From positions 4,170 through 36,423 of the forward strand of contig CAZSHK010000004.1 of NCBI GenBank assembly GCA_964606965.1: a DNA stretch of 32,254 nucleotides, written 5' to 3'. This document shows, in pieces, positions 1 to 7,843 of this stretch (position 1 is its first letter; the number at the start of each line of letters is the position of its first letter). This stretch comes from an uncultured Candidatus Saccharibacteria bacterium. GTDB lineage: Bacteria; Patescibacteriota; Saccharimonadia; Saccharimonadales; CAYVSP01. A model generated the notes under the pieces. It was not told the origin of the DNA and did not search any database. It saw only the letters and a list, made by a program, of their open reading frames with translations. The translations under genes and the position numbers were made by a program.

Positions 1-5
1 TTGGT

Positions 6-491
6 TTGGCCAAGCCGAGGTTACTTGATGTCGGATATGCATTAAGCGGCTTTGCTGTTTATTTCCCACTCTATATAGCCACATTGGCTGCCGTCCATGC
101 ACTTGTACCAAGTATTAATATTGATCAGAAACAGCAGCTCGGTTTTCAAAATGCCAATAACAGCATGTTGTTTTTAGTGTTTATAGGGCTAGTGATTTTA
201 GCGCCAATAACGGAGGAAATAATGGTCCGAGGCTTTTTATACGGCAGTCTAAAAAAACAGTGGCCTAAAATTTACGCTGTTCTTTGTACTAGTGCGCTTT
301 TTGCAATCGCACATTTGCAATTTGGCAGTGGGGCACCGCTGTTATGGGTGGCGGCAATTGATACTTTTATACTTTCACTAGTTCTTATTTATCTACGGGA
401 TAAAACTGGTAGCCTAGCAGCTTCTATAATGCTGCATATGCTTAAAAATAGTCTAGCCTTTGTGGCTTTATTCTTGTTGCACGCTGGGTAA
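6..491 (+). CDS. CPBP-family intramembrane protease (CAAX protease-like), probably 5'-truncated by the window edge
   Basis: Polytopic membrane ORF with CPBP motifs EEIMVR (EExxxR), FAIAHL (FxxxH) and HMLKN (HxxxN). The frame is open back to the window start, and the listed start is TTG. Confidence 0.75.
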   Translation: MAKPRLLDVGYALSGFAVYFPLYIATLAAVHALVPSINIDQKQQLGFQNANNSMLFLVFIGLVILAPITEEIMVRGFLYGSLKKQWPKIYAVLCTSALFAIAHLQFGSGAPLLWVAAIDTFILSLVLIYLRDKTGSLAASIMLHMLKNSLAFVALFLLHAG

Positions 492-507
492 GGTACAATT
501 AATTCCT

Positions 508-1758
508 ATGAGACGCTCACAACTCTTTACTAAAACGCGCAAAGACGCACCGGCAGATGAAAATGCTAAAAACGCCCAGCTGTTAATTCGGGCTGGCTAT
601 GTTCATAAGGAAATGGCTGGAGTTTATGCTTATTTACCTCTCGGGAAAAGGGTCTTAGACAATATATCCCAGATTATTCGCCAGGAGATGAACGCTATTG
701 GGGGGCAAGAGCTACAGATGACTACCTTACAGCCTCGGGAAATCTGGGAAAAGACCAACAGATGGGACGACGCCGTTGTAGATAACTGGTTTAAGACAAA
801 ACTTAAAAATGGCACCGAACTTGGTGTCGGATTAACTCATGAAGAACCGATTGTTGACGTGCTTAAGGATTACATTAATTCATACAAAGATTTACCGCTG
901 TTGGTATATCAAATTGGGCCAAAATTCCGCAACGAGTTGCGTGCCAAAAGCGGCTTACTGCGCGGACGTGAATTTGTAATGAAAGATATGTACACATATG
1001 CTCGGTCACAAAAAGAACACGACGAACTTTACGAAATAATTGCCGCCGCCTACGTCAAGATTTATGATCGACTTGGTATTGGCGATATAACTTACCGCTG
1101 TTACGCAGACGGTGGTTACTTTACGCCCCGTTTTAGTGATGAGTTTCAGATGCTAAGCCCAATAGGTGAAGACACCATTTACGTAGACGAGAAGCGAAAA
1201 ATTGCCGTTAATAAAGAAATAATTAATGATAAACGGCTATCCGACACTGATATAGATAAAACACAGCTAGTTGAAAAAACTGCTATTGAAGTCGGTAATA
1301 TATTCCCACTTGAGAGTAAATATACCAATGCGCTGGGTCTTTATTACACAGATGAAAAAGGTAAGCAACAATCAATAATTGAGGGTTGTTATGGAATTGG
1401 TATAAGTCGTGTGATGGGCGCTCTGGCTGAACATTTCGCCGATGATAAAGGTTTGGTCTGGCCGGAAAACATCGCCCCAGCCAAAGTCTATCTTGCCGCG
1501 TTAGGTGATATATCACATGTGATATCCGAAGCCGATAAAATTTACGAGACGTTGACTAATTCAGGCATTGAAGTACTATATGACGACCGGAAGGGTAGCG
1601 CCGGCGACAAGTTCTCCGATGCTGACCTGATGGGCCTGCCGTATCGCTTAGTTGTTAGCGAACGAACCATGAAAGATGGTAAACACGAGCTGAAGGCACG
1701 CACTGAAGAGCAGGCGAAGCTGCTCACCACCAGCGAGATCATTAAAAGTCTAACCTAA
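508..1758 (+). CDS. proS: Prolyl-tRNA synthetase, bacterial-type core without the INS editing domain
   Basis: Class II aaRS motif 2 (FRNELRAKSGLLRGREFVMKD), motif 3 (GCYGIGISRVMGA) and a C-terminal anticodon-binding domain. ATG 508 (MRRSQLFTKTRKD...) is chosen because the 16 upstream codons overlap the CPBP gene. Confidence 0.92.
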   Translation: MRRSQLFTKTRKDAPADENAKNAQLLIRAGYVHKEMAGVYAYLPLGKRVLDNISQIIRQEMNAIGGQELQMTTLQPREIWEKTNRWDDAVVDNWFKTKLKNGTELGVGLTHEEPIVDVLKDYINSYKDLPLLVYQIGPKFRNELRAKSGLLRGREFVMKDMYTYARSQKEHDELYEIIAAAYVKIYDRLGIGDITYRCYADGGYFTPRFSDEFQMLSPIGEDTIYVDEKRKIAVNKEIINDKRLSDTDIDKTQLVEKTAIEVGNIFPLESKYTNALGLYYTDEKGKQQSIIEGCYGIGISRVMGALAEHFADDKGLVWPENIAPAKVYLAALGDISHVISEADKIYETLTNSGIEVLYDDRKGSAGDKFSDADLMGLPYRLVVSERTMKDGKHELKARTEEQAKLLTTSEIIKSLT

Positions 1759-1784
1759 TCTTATCGCTTTTGTCGCGAAAGCGA

Positions 1785-1811
1785 TTGACTATACAGATTT
1801 GCTGGTATAAT
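1785..1811 (+). promoter_or_regulatory. Candidate sigma70-type promoter upstream of greA (TTGACT, 15 nt spacer, TGgTATAAT extended -10)
   Basis: TTGACT at 1785-1790 and TATAAT at 1806-1811, with TG at 1803-1804. An 8 bp hairpin (1763-1770/1778-1785) lies just upstream, after proS. Confidence 0.45.
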
Positions 1812-1873
1812 AGTCAACAACTTAAGGGGAGTGAGATAGTACCTAAAATAACGTAAGGGTAGTTTTTAGTCTC

Positions 1874-2317
1874 ATGAAAAAGAAATTTTACCTAACTCAA
1901 ACTGGCGTTGACGAGCTCAAAGGCGAGCACGGTGTTTTAATTGCCCAAAGAGGACCAATTGCTGAGCGCTTACAGGCAGCTCGAGCACAAGGTGACTTGG
2001 CTGAAAATGCTGAATATATTGCTACCCGTGAAGAACAAGAACGCACTGAAGGACGCATTGCTGAGATTGAGCATATTCTTATGAACGTCGATATTATTAA
2101 AAAGCCGCATGGTGACACAAAGGTGCAGCTCGGTTCTACTGTTACGCTAAAAAATAGCGAAGTTAAGACTTTTCAGGTAGTTGGTACTGTCGAAGCTGAT
2201 CCGGTAAATGGCAAGATTTCTGATGAATCACCGCTGGGCAAAGCTGTTATGGGCAAAGCTGTTGGCGATGAGGTTGAAATTAAAGCTAATATCTTCAAGA
2301 TTACCAAGATAAGCTAA
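1874..2317 (+). CDS. greA: Transcription elongation factor GreA
   Basis: 147 aa. N-terminal coiled coil with the acidic tip DLAENAEY, and a C-terminal GreA/B domain (ISDESPLGKAVMGKAVGDEVE). Confidence 0.93.
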   Translation: MKKKFYLTQTGVDELKGEHGVLIAQRGPIAERLQAARAQGDLAENAEYIATREEQERTEGRIAEIEHILMNVDIIKKPHGDTKVQLGSTVTLKNSEVKTFQVVGTVEADPVNGKISDESPLGKAVMGKAVGDEVEIKANIFKITKIS

Positions 2318-2321
2318 CGTA

Positions 2322-2729
2322 ATGTCGGACGAAGTACCTCAGGGTGGTGAAATAAGTCCCTGGGCTGATGTACTAGGACCGCTCTACGCGGTGACTGCGC
2401 TGGTACGCAATGGACTAGCTGGACGACCCGATCTTATTACTATAACTACCACCGACAAAGTCACACTATGGCCGCAATGGCAGTTTGAAGTCGGTGAAGA
2501 TGGTTCAATTGTGCCTAGAGAACCAGTTGTTCGTTTCTGGAATGACCACGTGGTGCCGGCAATGCAAAAGGGGATAATTGATGATTACATGGCTGCGGAA
2601 TTGTTTTTCCAAAAAGACGACGATGGCCTATCTTGGGCCGACAAATATGCGGACGAAACTTTAGATCCTGCCAAAAGGCTAGTTTTGGAAGAAAGAATTA
2701 CTAGAACTTTGAGTCACATGGCGCAATAA
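2322..2729 (+). CDS. Hypothetical protein (135 aa, acidic, no recognised domain)
   Basis: Clean ORF starting 4 nt after the greA stop. No motif I can name. Confidence 0.55.
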   Translation: MSDEVPQGGEISPWADVLGPLYAVTALVRNGLAGRPDLITITTTDKVTLWPQWQFEVGEDGSIVPREPVVRFWNDHVVPAMQKGIIDDYMAAELFFQKDDDGLSWADKYADETLDPAKRLVLEERITRTLSHMAQ

Positions 2730-2750
2730 TTTCTATTTATTTCTGACTAG

Positions 2751-2777
2751 AACCTGTAACCTAAAACCTGTAACCTA
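2751..2777 (+). repeat. Tandem direct repeat AACCTGTAACCTA x2 (1 nt apart) just upstream of lysK
   Basis: Identical 13-mers at 2751-2763 and 2765-2777, 9 nt before the lysK ATG. Confidence 0.9.
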
Positions 2778-2785
2778 GGTTTGTT

Positions 2786-4318
2786 ATGCAGTGGTTGAAT
2801 AAAATTGTCGATGACGTTGTGGCCAAGCAGCCCAAAGGCGAGATTCTGATTGAGTCGGGTAGTTCGCCCTCCGGGACGTACCATCTTGGTCATTTACGCG
2901 AGCTAGTAACTTGTGACGCTATTTTATTGGAACTGCAAAGGCGGGGAAGGCAAGCTCGTCATATCCAATTTGTGGATGATTTTGATGCTTTCCGTAAACT
3001 ACCAATTAGTTTACCGGCCGACTATGAACAATATCTAGGTGTACCGCTTTGTGATATTCCGGCTCCTGACGGCTCAAAGCAGTCTATGGCAGATTATTTT
3101 TTGCAGGGATTGAAAGATGCCTGCACAGAACTAAACATAGAAGTGGAGTATGTGCGTGCGCACCAGAAGTATCGGTCAGGTTGGTATGTGCCAGCTATCG
3201 AAAAAGCATTGTCTAAGGTGCCAGAGGCGCGCAAAGCCCTGGAAACCGTTTCCGGGCGCAAACTCGAAGATACCTGGTCACCAATACAGGTTAGAGAAGG
3301 CGAGCGATTAGTCAAACGAGCTTTTGAATCAATTGACATGGCCACTAAGAATCTAGCTTATAAATCTACCGAGGGCCAGTCTAAAACAGTGGCCTATGAT
3401 AAAGGAGGGGTCAAGCTAGACTGGCGCTTGGACTGGCCTGCACACTGGTGGCTACAAAAAGTTGCGGTTGAACCCTCGGGACGTGATCACATGACCAAGG
3501 GGGGCAGTTTCGATACAGGCGTAGAAATTGTACGTGATGTTTACGATGCTGAGCCACCATACCCAGTGGCTTATGATTTTATAAACATGGTCGGTGACAC
3601 CAAAAAAATGAGTGCCAGCAAAGGCACTGGTCTTGATGCTGTAGAAGGCGCCAAACTAATGCCTCCAGAAGTCGTACGCTATTTTATTTTGCGCCCACCG
3701 CCTAGTAAACGACTCTATTTTGATCCGGTTAACGGTGTTGTTCAGATGATGGACGAATATGCCGCCTTTAGTGCTAAACCTGATAAAACTGCCGACGAAG
3801 AACAGTTGTTGTACATTGCTACCAGAGGCAATACTACCCGAACAGTTAGTAGGATACCGTTCTCTCATTTGGTAGCCAGCTACCAAGCATCGTTGAAGGA
3901 TGTAGATAAGACCCTGGCAATCATTAAACGGACTGAACATGCTAAATTGGCGACCGAAGACGCCGATATCATCAGGAAAGAACTGAAATTTGTAGGCGAG
4001 TGGCTCAAGTTGCGTGCTCCTGAGGAGGTTAAATTCGAGTTGACCAGCAAAATTGACTCTAATCAATTCAACGAAAAACAAAAGCAATTCTTGCGCGACT
4101 TGGCTGAAAAAGTCGAGCAAGCACCGGCTGAAGCTGATGGCGAATGGTTTCACAAGACTATTTATGATTTCAAAGAAACTAGCAATCTGGAGCCAAAAGA
4201 ACTTTTTAGCACGCTTTATACTGCCCTGATCGGTAAAACCGCTGGCCCGCGTGCCGGTTGGTTCTTAAGTATTTTGCCGCGCGACTGGCTAATCAAACGC
4301 CTAAGACTGGAAGAGTAA
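2786..4318 (+). CDS. lysK: Lysyl-tRNA synthetase, class I
   Basis: Class I aaRS signatures HLGH (HIGH-like) and KMSAS (KMSKS-like). The 510 aa architecture is typical of class I LysRS rather than the class II LysS. Confidence 0.9.
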   Translation: MQWLNKIVDDVVAKQPKGEILIESGSSPSGTYHLGHLRELVTCDAILLELQRRGRQARHIQFVDDFDAFRKLPISLPADYEQYLGVPLCDIPAPDGSKQSMADYFLQGLKDACTELNIEVEYVRAHQKYRSGWYVPAIEKALSKVPEARKALETVSGRKLEDTWSPIQVREGERLVKRAFESIDMATKNLAYKSTEGQSKTVAYDKGGVKLDWRLDWPAHWWLQKVAVEPSGRDHMTKGGSFDTGVEIVRDVYDAEPPYPVAYDFINMVGDTKKMSASKGTGLDAVEGAKLMPPEVVRYFILRPPPSKRLYFDPVNGVVQMMDEYAAFSAKPDKTADEEQLLYIATRGNTTRTVSRIPFSHLVASYQASLKDVDKTLAIIKRTEHAKLATEDADIIRKELKFVGEWLKLRAPEEVKFELTSKIDSNQFNEKQKQFLRDLAEKVEQAPAEADGEWFHKTIYDFKETSNLEPKELFSTLYTALIGKTAGPRAGWFLSILPRDWLIKRLRLEE

Positions 4319-4319
4319 C

Positions 4320-4622
4320 ATGAAAGCAATCTGGCAGGGCAAAATTGTGGCCGAATCACCACAAGAAGATTTAATTTTTATTGAAGGTAACTGGTATTTT
4401 CCACCAAGCAGCGTCAATAAAGAGTTTCTAGAAGACAGCGATACGCCCTATAACTGTCCCTGGAAAGGCGACTGCAGCTATTACAATATTTGTGAAGGAG
4501 AGAAGTGTAGCGTAGACAGCGCCTGGACATATAAACAACCCCTAGCCAGTGCTATCGATAAGGTCAAACAAGACTTTAGTAACTACGTGGCTTTCTGGCG
4601 TGATGTCCGTGTCGAGGAATAA
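4320..4622 (+). CDS. DUF427 domain protein
   Basis: 100 aa with the family pattern CPWKGDCSYYN ... AWTYKQP ... VAFWRDV. Starts 1 nt after the lysK stop. Confidence 0.8.
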   Translation: MKAIWQGKIVAESPQEDLIFIEGNWYFPPSSVNKEFLEDSDTPYNCPWKGDCSYYNICEGEKCSVDSAWTYKQPLASAIDKVKQDFSNYVAFWRDVRVEE

Positions 4623-5201
4623 ATGCTAACAGTTAAATTACCTGCTATTGAAGCGGCGCCAAAGCTTTTAGGCTGCCAATTGGTGCGTCACACGTCGATA
4701 GGTACTTTAAGTGTTAAAATTGTCGAAACTGAGGCTTATAACCAAGATGATCCAGCCAGCCATAGTTTTAGAGGTTTAACCAAACGCACAGCGCCGATGT
4801 TTAAGGCTGGTGGCTATTTGTATGTATATTTTACCTACGGTATGCATTACTGCCTGAATATTGTGGTCGGGCAAGCTGGCAGAGGGGAAGCAGTTCTTAT
4901 CCGAGCCGCTGAGCCGCTTGAGGGCACTGAAATTATGATGCACAATCGTGGCACAGATAATGTATTACAGCTAACAAATGGCCCCGGTAAACTTACTCAG
5001 GCCCTGGGAATTAGAGATACCAAGTTATCTGGTCATATGCTCGGCAAAGAGAGCCTAGAACTGTTACCACCTGCTGAACCGATGTCTGAAGAAGAAATTG
5101 GCATTTCCGCACGCATCGGTATTACCAAGGCGACTGATCAACTTTGGCGGTTTTATATCAACGACAATCGATATGTTTCCAGGCAGACTATTTCAACTTA
5201 G
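4623..5201 (+). CDS. mpg: DNA-3-methyladenine glycosylase (Mpg/AAG family)
   Basis: ETEAY, DPASHSFRG and YVYFTYGMHYCLN motifs. Starts immediately after the DUF427 stop. The 3' end overlaps convergent msrA by 14 nt. Confidence 0.9.
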   Translation: MLTVKLPAIEAAPKLLGCQLVRHTSIGTLSVKIVETEAYNQDDPASHSFRGLTKRTAPMFKAGGYLYVYFTYGMHYCLNIVVGQAGRGEAVLIRAAEPLEGTEIMMHNRGTDNVLQLTNGPGKLTQALGIRDTKLSGHMLGKESLELLPPAEPMSEEEIGISARIGITKATDQLWRFYINDNRYVSRQTIST

Positions 5202-5715
5202 CTGCAAATTTTTGCTGAAGTTTTTGGATTTTAGGATCAATAACTATTTGGCAGTAGGCCTGACCAGGATTATTGTTATAAAAATTCTGGCTATTTTCGT
5301 CAGCCGGCCAGAACTTTTCATACGGTGCTAACTGAGTAACGATCGGATCTTTGTAAAGTGTAGGTACAAAATCTTTTATCATAGCTTGTGCAACTTTTTT
5401 CTGCTCCGCGTCATGATAAAAAATAACCGACCGATAAATTTCGCCGACATCTGCGCCCTGACGGTTTAGGGTAGTAGGGTTATGCATGGCAAAAAATATT
5501 TCCAATAGTTCTTTATAGGTAACTATCTCTGGATCAAAAGTTATCTGTACGACTTCAGCATGGCCAGTTGTCATAGTGTAGACCTGTTGACTGGTCGGAT
5601 TATCTAAGTGTCCGCCGCAGTAGCCCGAAACTACCTTTTCGACACCTTTAACGCGTTGGTAGAACGCCTCGAGGCACCAGTAGCAGCCGCCACCTAAAGT
5701 TGCCAGAGAATTCAT
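5188..5715 (-). CDS. msrA: Peptide-methionine (S)-S-oxide reductase MsrA
   Basis: N-terminal GGGCYWC active-site motif and the GHAEVV motif; 175 aa. Confidence 0.93.
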   Translation of the reverse strand: MNSLATLGGGCYWCLEAFYQRVKGVEKVVSGYCGGHLDNPTSQQVYTMTTGHAEVVQITFDPEIVTYKELLEIFFAMHNPTTLNRQGADVGEIYRSVIFYHDAEQKKVAQAMIKDFVPTLYKDPIVTQLAPYEKFWPADENSQNFYNNNPGQAYCQIVIDPKIQKLQQKFAAKLK

Positions 5716-5740
5716 GCATTTAAGTGTAAACCAGATTCCA

Positions 5741-5749
5741 TGGTATAGT
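5741..5749 (+). promoter_or_regulatory. Extended -10 element (TGgTATAGT) 7 nt upstream of the heliorhodopsin ATG, implying a leaderless or near-leaderless mRNA
   Basis: TATAGT at 5744-5749 preceded by TG at 5741-5742. ATG at 5757 with no SD in between. Confidence 0.45.
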
Positions 5750-5756
5750 CTAAGAA

Positions 5757-6548
5757 ATGGCTAAGAAGTCGAATAAAGAGGTTTTGAATTATCAGTTGCA
5801 GCGCTTGCACCTAGTCAGTGCAATTATATTTGGTTTCTTGGGTTTAGCTGTCTGGTTCTTAATGAAGCCAACTAGTTATCCATTTGTTGTCAGTCATGCC
5901 ACAAGCGACGAACTGGCCAGCCAAAGCACCACCGTATTTGCGCCAGCCATTCATCACATTATTGATATAGACATGCGCTGGCCGGCGGCTGCCCTGATGG
6001 TAGTCGGCCTTGTAACAGCCATTCTTGCATTAACCCATTGGCGCAAACAGTACGTTAAGCAAATGGGGAATCGTTTATCGCCACTGACATGGGTGAGCAT
6101 GGGCGGAATCATGCCGGCGTTGATGTTTGAAATCATAGCCATATTCAGCGGTGGACAAGACATTTTATACCTCAAAATGATAGCCGGGCTGGTCTTACTA
6201 TCCGGCATCTTAGGCTACATGGCCGAACGCGAGAATATGCGTGTACGCCGTCCGCAATGGATAAATTTCTGGTTGGTTTTTGCTAGTGGGGCGCTAGCTT
6301 GGTTCGCTTTGGCTACAATGATAGTGTCTACGTCATTGTTTGGAATGGTTCGTCTGCCATGGTTCGTCTACGCTCTTATGGTTGTTTTAACGGTCGCCTC
6401 ACTATCAGCAGTTACCAACCTGTGGTTTGAGTTAAAGGCCAAAAATTGGGCTAAAGATTTCAACACCGTGGAGCGTAACTATCTACTTATAAATCTGTTA
6501 GCTAAAGCTTCTTTTGTGTTGATAATGGTGCTAGGTTTGAAGAAATAA
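5757..6548 (+). CDS. Heliorhodopsin-like 7-TM retinal protein
   Basis: 263 aa, 7 predicted TM helices, and a long loop between TM1 and TM2. By manual alignment to heliorhodopsin 48C12 (recalled from memory), ERNYLLINLLAKASF matches ERAYIVLSLVAKSAL, placing the Schiff-base Lys at K250 (codon 6504-6506). PWFVYA matches PGFVYG, and His18 and His94 align with H23 and H80. Confidence 0.8.
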   Translation: MAKKSNKEVLNYQLQRLHLVSAIIFGFLGLAVWFLMKPTSYPFVVSHATSDELASQSTTVFAPAIHHIIDIDMRWPAAALMVVGLVTAILALTHWRKQYVKQMGNRLSPLTWVSMGGIMPALMFEIIAIFSGGQDILYLKMIAGLVLLSGILGYMAERENMRVRRPQWINFWLVFASGALAWFALATMIVSTSLFGMVRLPWFVYALMVVLTVASLSAVTNLWFELKAKNWAKDFNTVERNYLLINLLAKASFVLIMVLGLKK

Positions 6549-6594
6549 TTTATTCGGCTTCTTGCTCGTGAATTACTGATAGAATAGGCTAACC

Positions 6595-7392
6595 ATGGCA
6601 AATACTTATTGGCGACAGCGCTCACAGCCCTATAAACCAGGCCAACAGACGCCGTTTAAAATCAGTCGTTCTAAAATAGAACTTTTTAAGCAGTGTCCAC
6701 GCTGCTTCTGGTTAGATGCCCGACTCAAGATTAAGCGCCCCGACGGCCCGCCATTCCAAATCAATAAAGCAATTGATGAGCTACTTAAGAAAGAGTTTGA
6801 TGTTTACCGACAGAAAGCTGAACCACATCCTTGGATGACTGAATATGAGATAAAAGCTGTACCAATGCAGCACCCCGAACTAGACAAATGGCGGCAGAAT
6901 TTTACAGGGGTTTTTACGCTGCATAAGCCTACTAATTTGCATGTATTTGGTGCCATTGATGATATTTGGATAGACGAGAACGGACAGGCGATTGTAGTCG
7001 ATTACAAGGCCACGGCCAAAGCATCAGAAATAAATATAGATGCCGATTGGCAAATAAGCTATAAACGCCAACTTGAAGTCTATCAATGGCTTCTCAGGCA
7101 GAACGATCTGAATGTAAATAATACTGCTTATTTTGTGTACACCAACGGTCGGCTAGATCTGGATGGTTTCTTTGATAAAGTTGAATTCCGTACCAAGATA
7201 ATTCCGTACCAAGGCGATGACAGTTGGGTTGAACCCACACTGGCCGAGATGAAAGAATGCTTGGAAGGCGATATGCCGGCGGTCGGTACAGCGGCAATGG
7301 GAGGTGAATGCGATTATTGTAGCTACGCCAGAGCTCGTACCGAACTTACTCTAAAAAATATTCAATCACGAAGCCAAACTAAGCTAGTCTAG
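6595..7392 (+). CDS. PD-(D/E)XK nuclease, Cas4/RecB-like, with four Cys (putative Fe-S cluster)
   Basis: GAIDDIW ... VVDYKAT (D...DxK), QLEVY (QhxxY), N-terminal CPRC and C-terminal CDYC cysteine pairs. Confidence 0.75.
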   Translation: MANTYWRQRSQPYKPGQQTPFKISRSKIELFKQCPRCFWLDARLKIKRPDGPPFQINKAIDELLKKEFDVYRQKAEPHPWMTEYEIKAVPMQHPELDKWRQNFTGVFTLHKPTNLHVFGAIDDIWIDENGQAIVVDYKATAKASEINIDADWQISYKRQLEVYQWLLRQNDLNVNNTAYFVYTNGRLDLDGFFDKVEFRTKIIPYQGDDSWVEPTLAEMKECLEGDMPAVGTAAMGGECDYCSYARARTELTLKNIQSRSQTKLV

Positions 7393-7427
7393 TTGCGGTT
7401 CAGCTTTAAGCGGTTTAGGATTAAGGT

Positions 7428-7808
7428 GTGATTAAAAAAATTCTTTTTATTGAGGACGAAACGCAACTAGCCGACCTGTATGCCATGGTACTACGCAAAG
7501 AGGGCTATGGGGTCACAGTTGCGAAAGATGGTCTGGAGGGCTTCAAGTTAGCCCAAAATGGCGATTTTGATCTGTTATTACTTGATTTAATGCTGCCTAA
7601 TATGTCCGGTTTTGATATTTTGAAAGCGTTGCGTGACCCACAGAAATCACCTGACTTTAAAGCCCGGATTATTGTTTTGACAAACTTTGGGGAAGATCCC
7701 GAAACTCGTCAAAAAATGGAAGCCCAAACCGACGGCTATCTGCTAAAAGTAAACTACACACCCCGCGCTCTGGTGGAATATATAAAGAATCTTCCATCTA
7801 AAAATTAG
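7428..7808 (+). CDS. Single-domain response regulator (receiver only, CheY-like)
   Basis: GTG start. Canonical receiver residues are present: ED pair (IEDE), phospho-acceptor Asp in LLLLDLMLP, Thr in VLTN, Lys in LLKV. No output domain. Confidence 0.88.
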   Translation: MIKKILFIEDETQLADLYAMVLRKEGYGVTVAKDGLEGFKLAQNGDFDLLLLDLMLPNMSGFDILKALRDPQKSPDFKARIIVLTNFGEDPETRQKMEAQTDGYLLKVNYTPRALVEYIKNLPSKN

Positions 7809-7843
7809 CCAAGAAGACAAACTCTATACGTTATACTAACTTC

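Noticed and set aside
460-507. N-terminal extensions offered by the ORF track: proS from 460, membrane protein from 9395, CHAP protein from 17096, Pro-rich ORF from 15042, TadE-like protein from 28857.
   Set aside because: Each extension overlaps the preceding gene or lacks start context. Internal ATGs (508, 9503, 17138, 15072, 28962) give sensible N-termini, some with an SD.
3656-4153. Long antisense ORFs inside well-supported genes. Examples are 3656-4153(-) in lysK, 13411-13869(-) in the M16 peptidase, 8080-8472(-) in serS, 9165-9524(-) over hpf, 25635-25970(+) in the methyltransferase and 11624-11968(-) in secA.
   Set aside because: They lie entirely within, and opposite to, ORFs with strong family motifs. 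They have low-complexity or Arg/Ser/Cys-rich composition typical of shadow frames, and they lack start context.
6595-7392. Cas4-like nuclease as a marker of a CRISPR-Cas locus.
   Set aside because: There is no repeat-spacer array and no other cas gene anywhere in the window. The flanking genes are unrelated.
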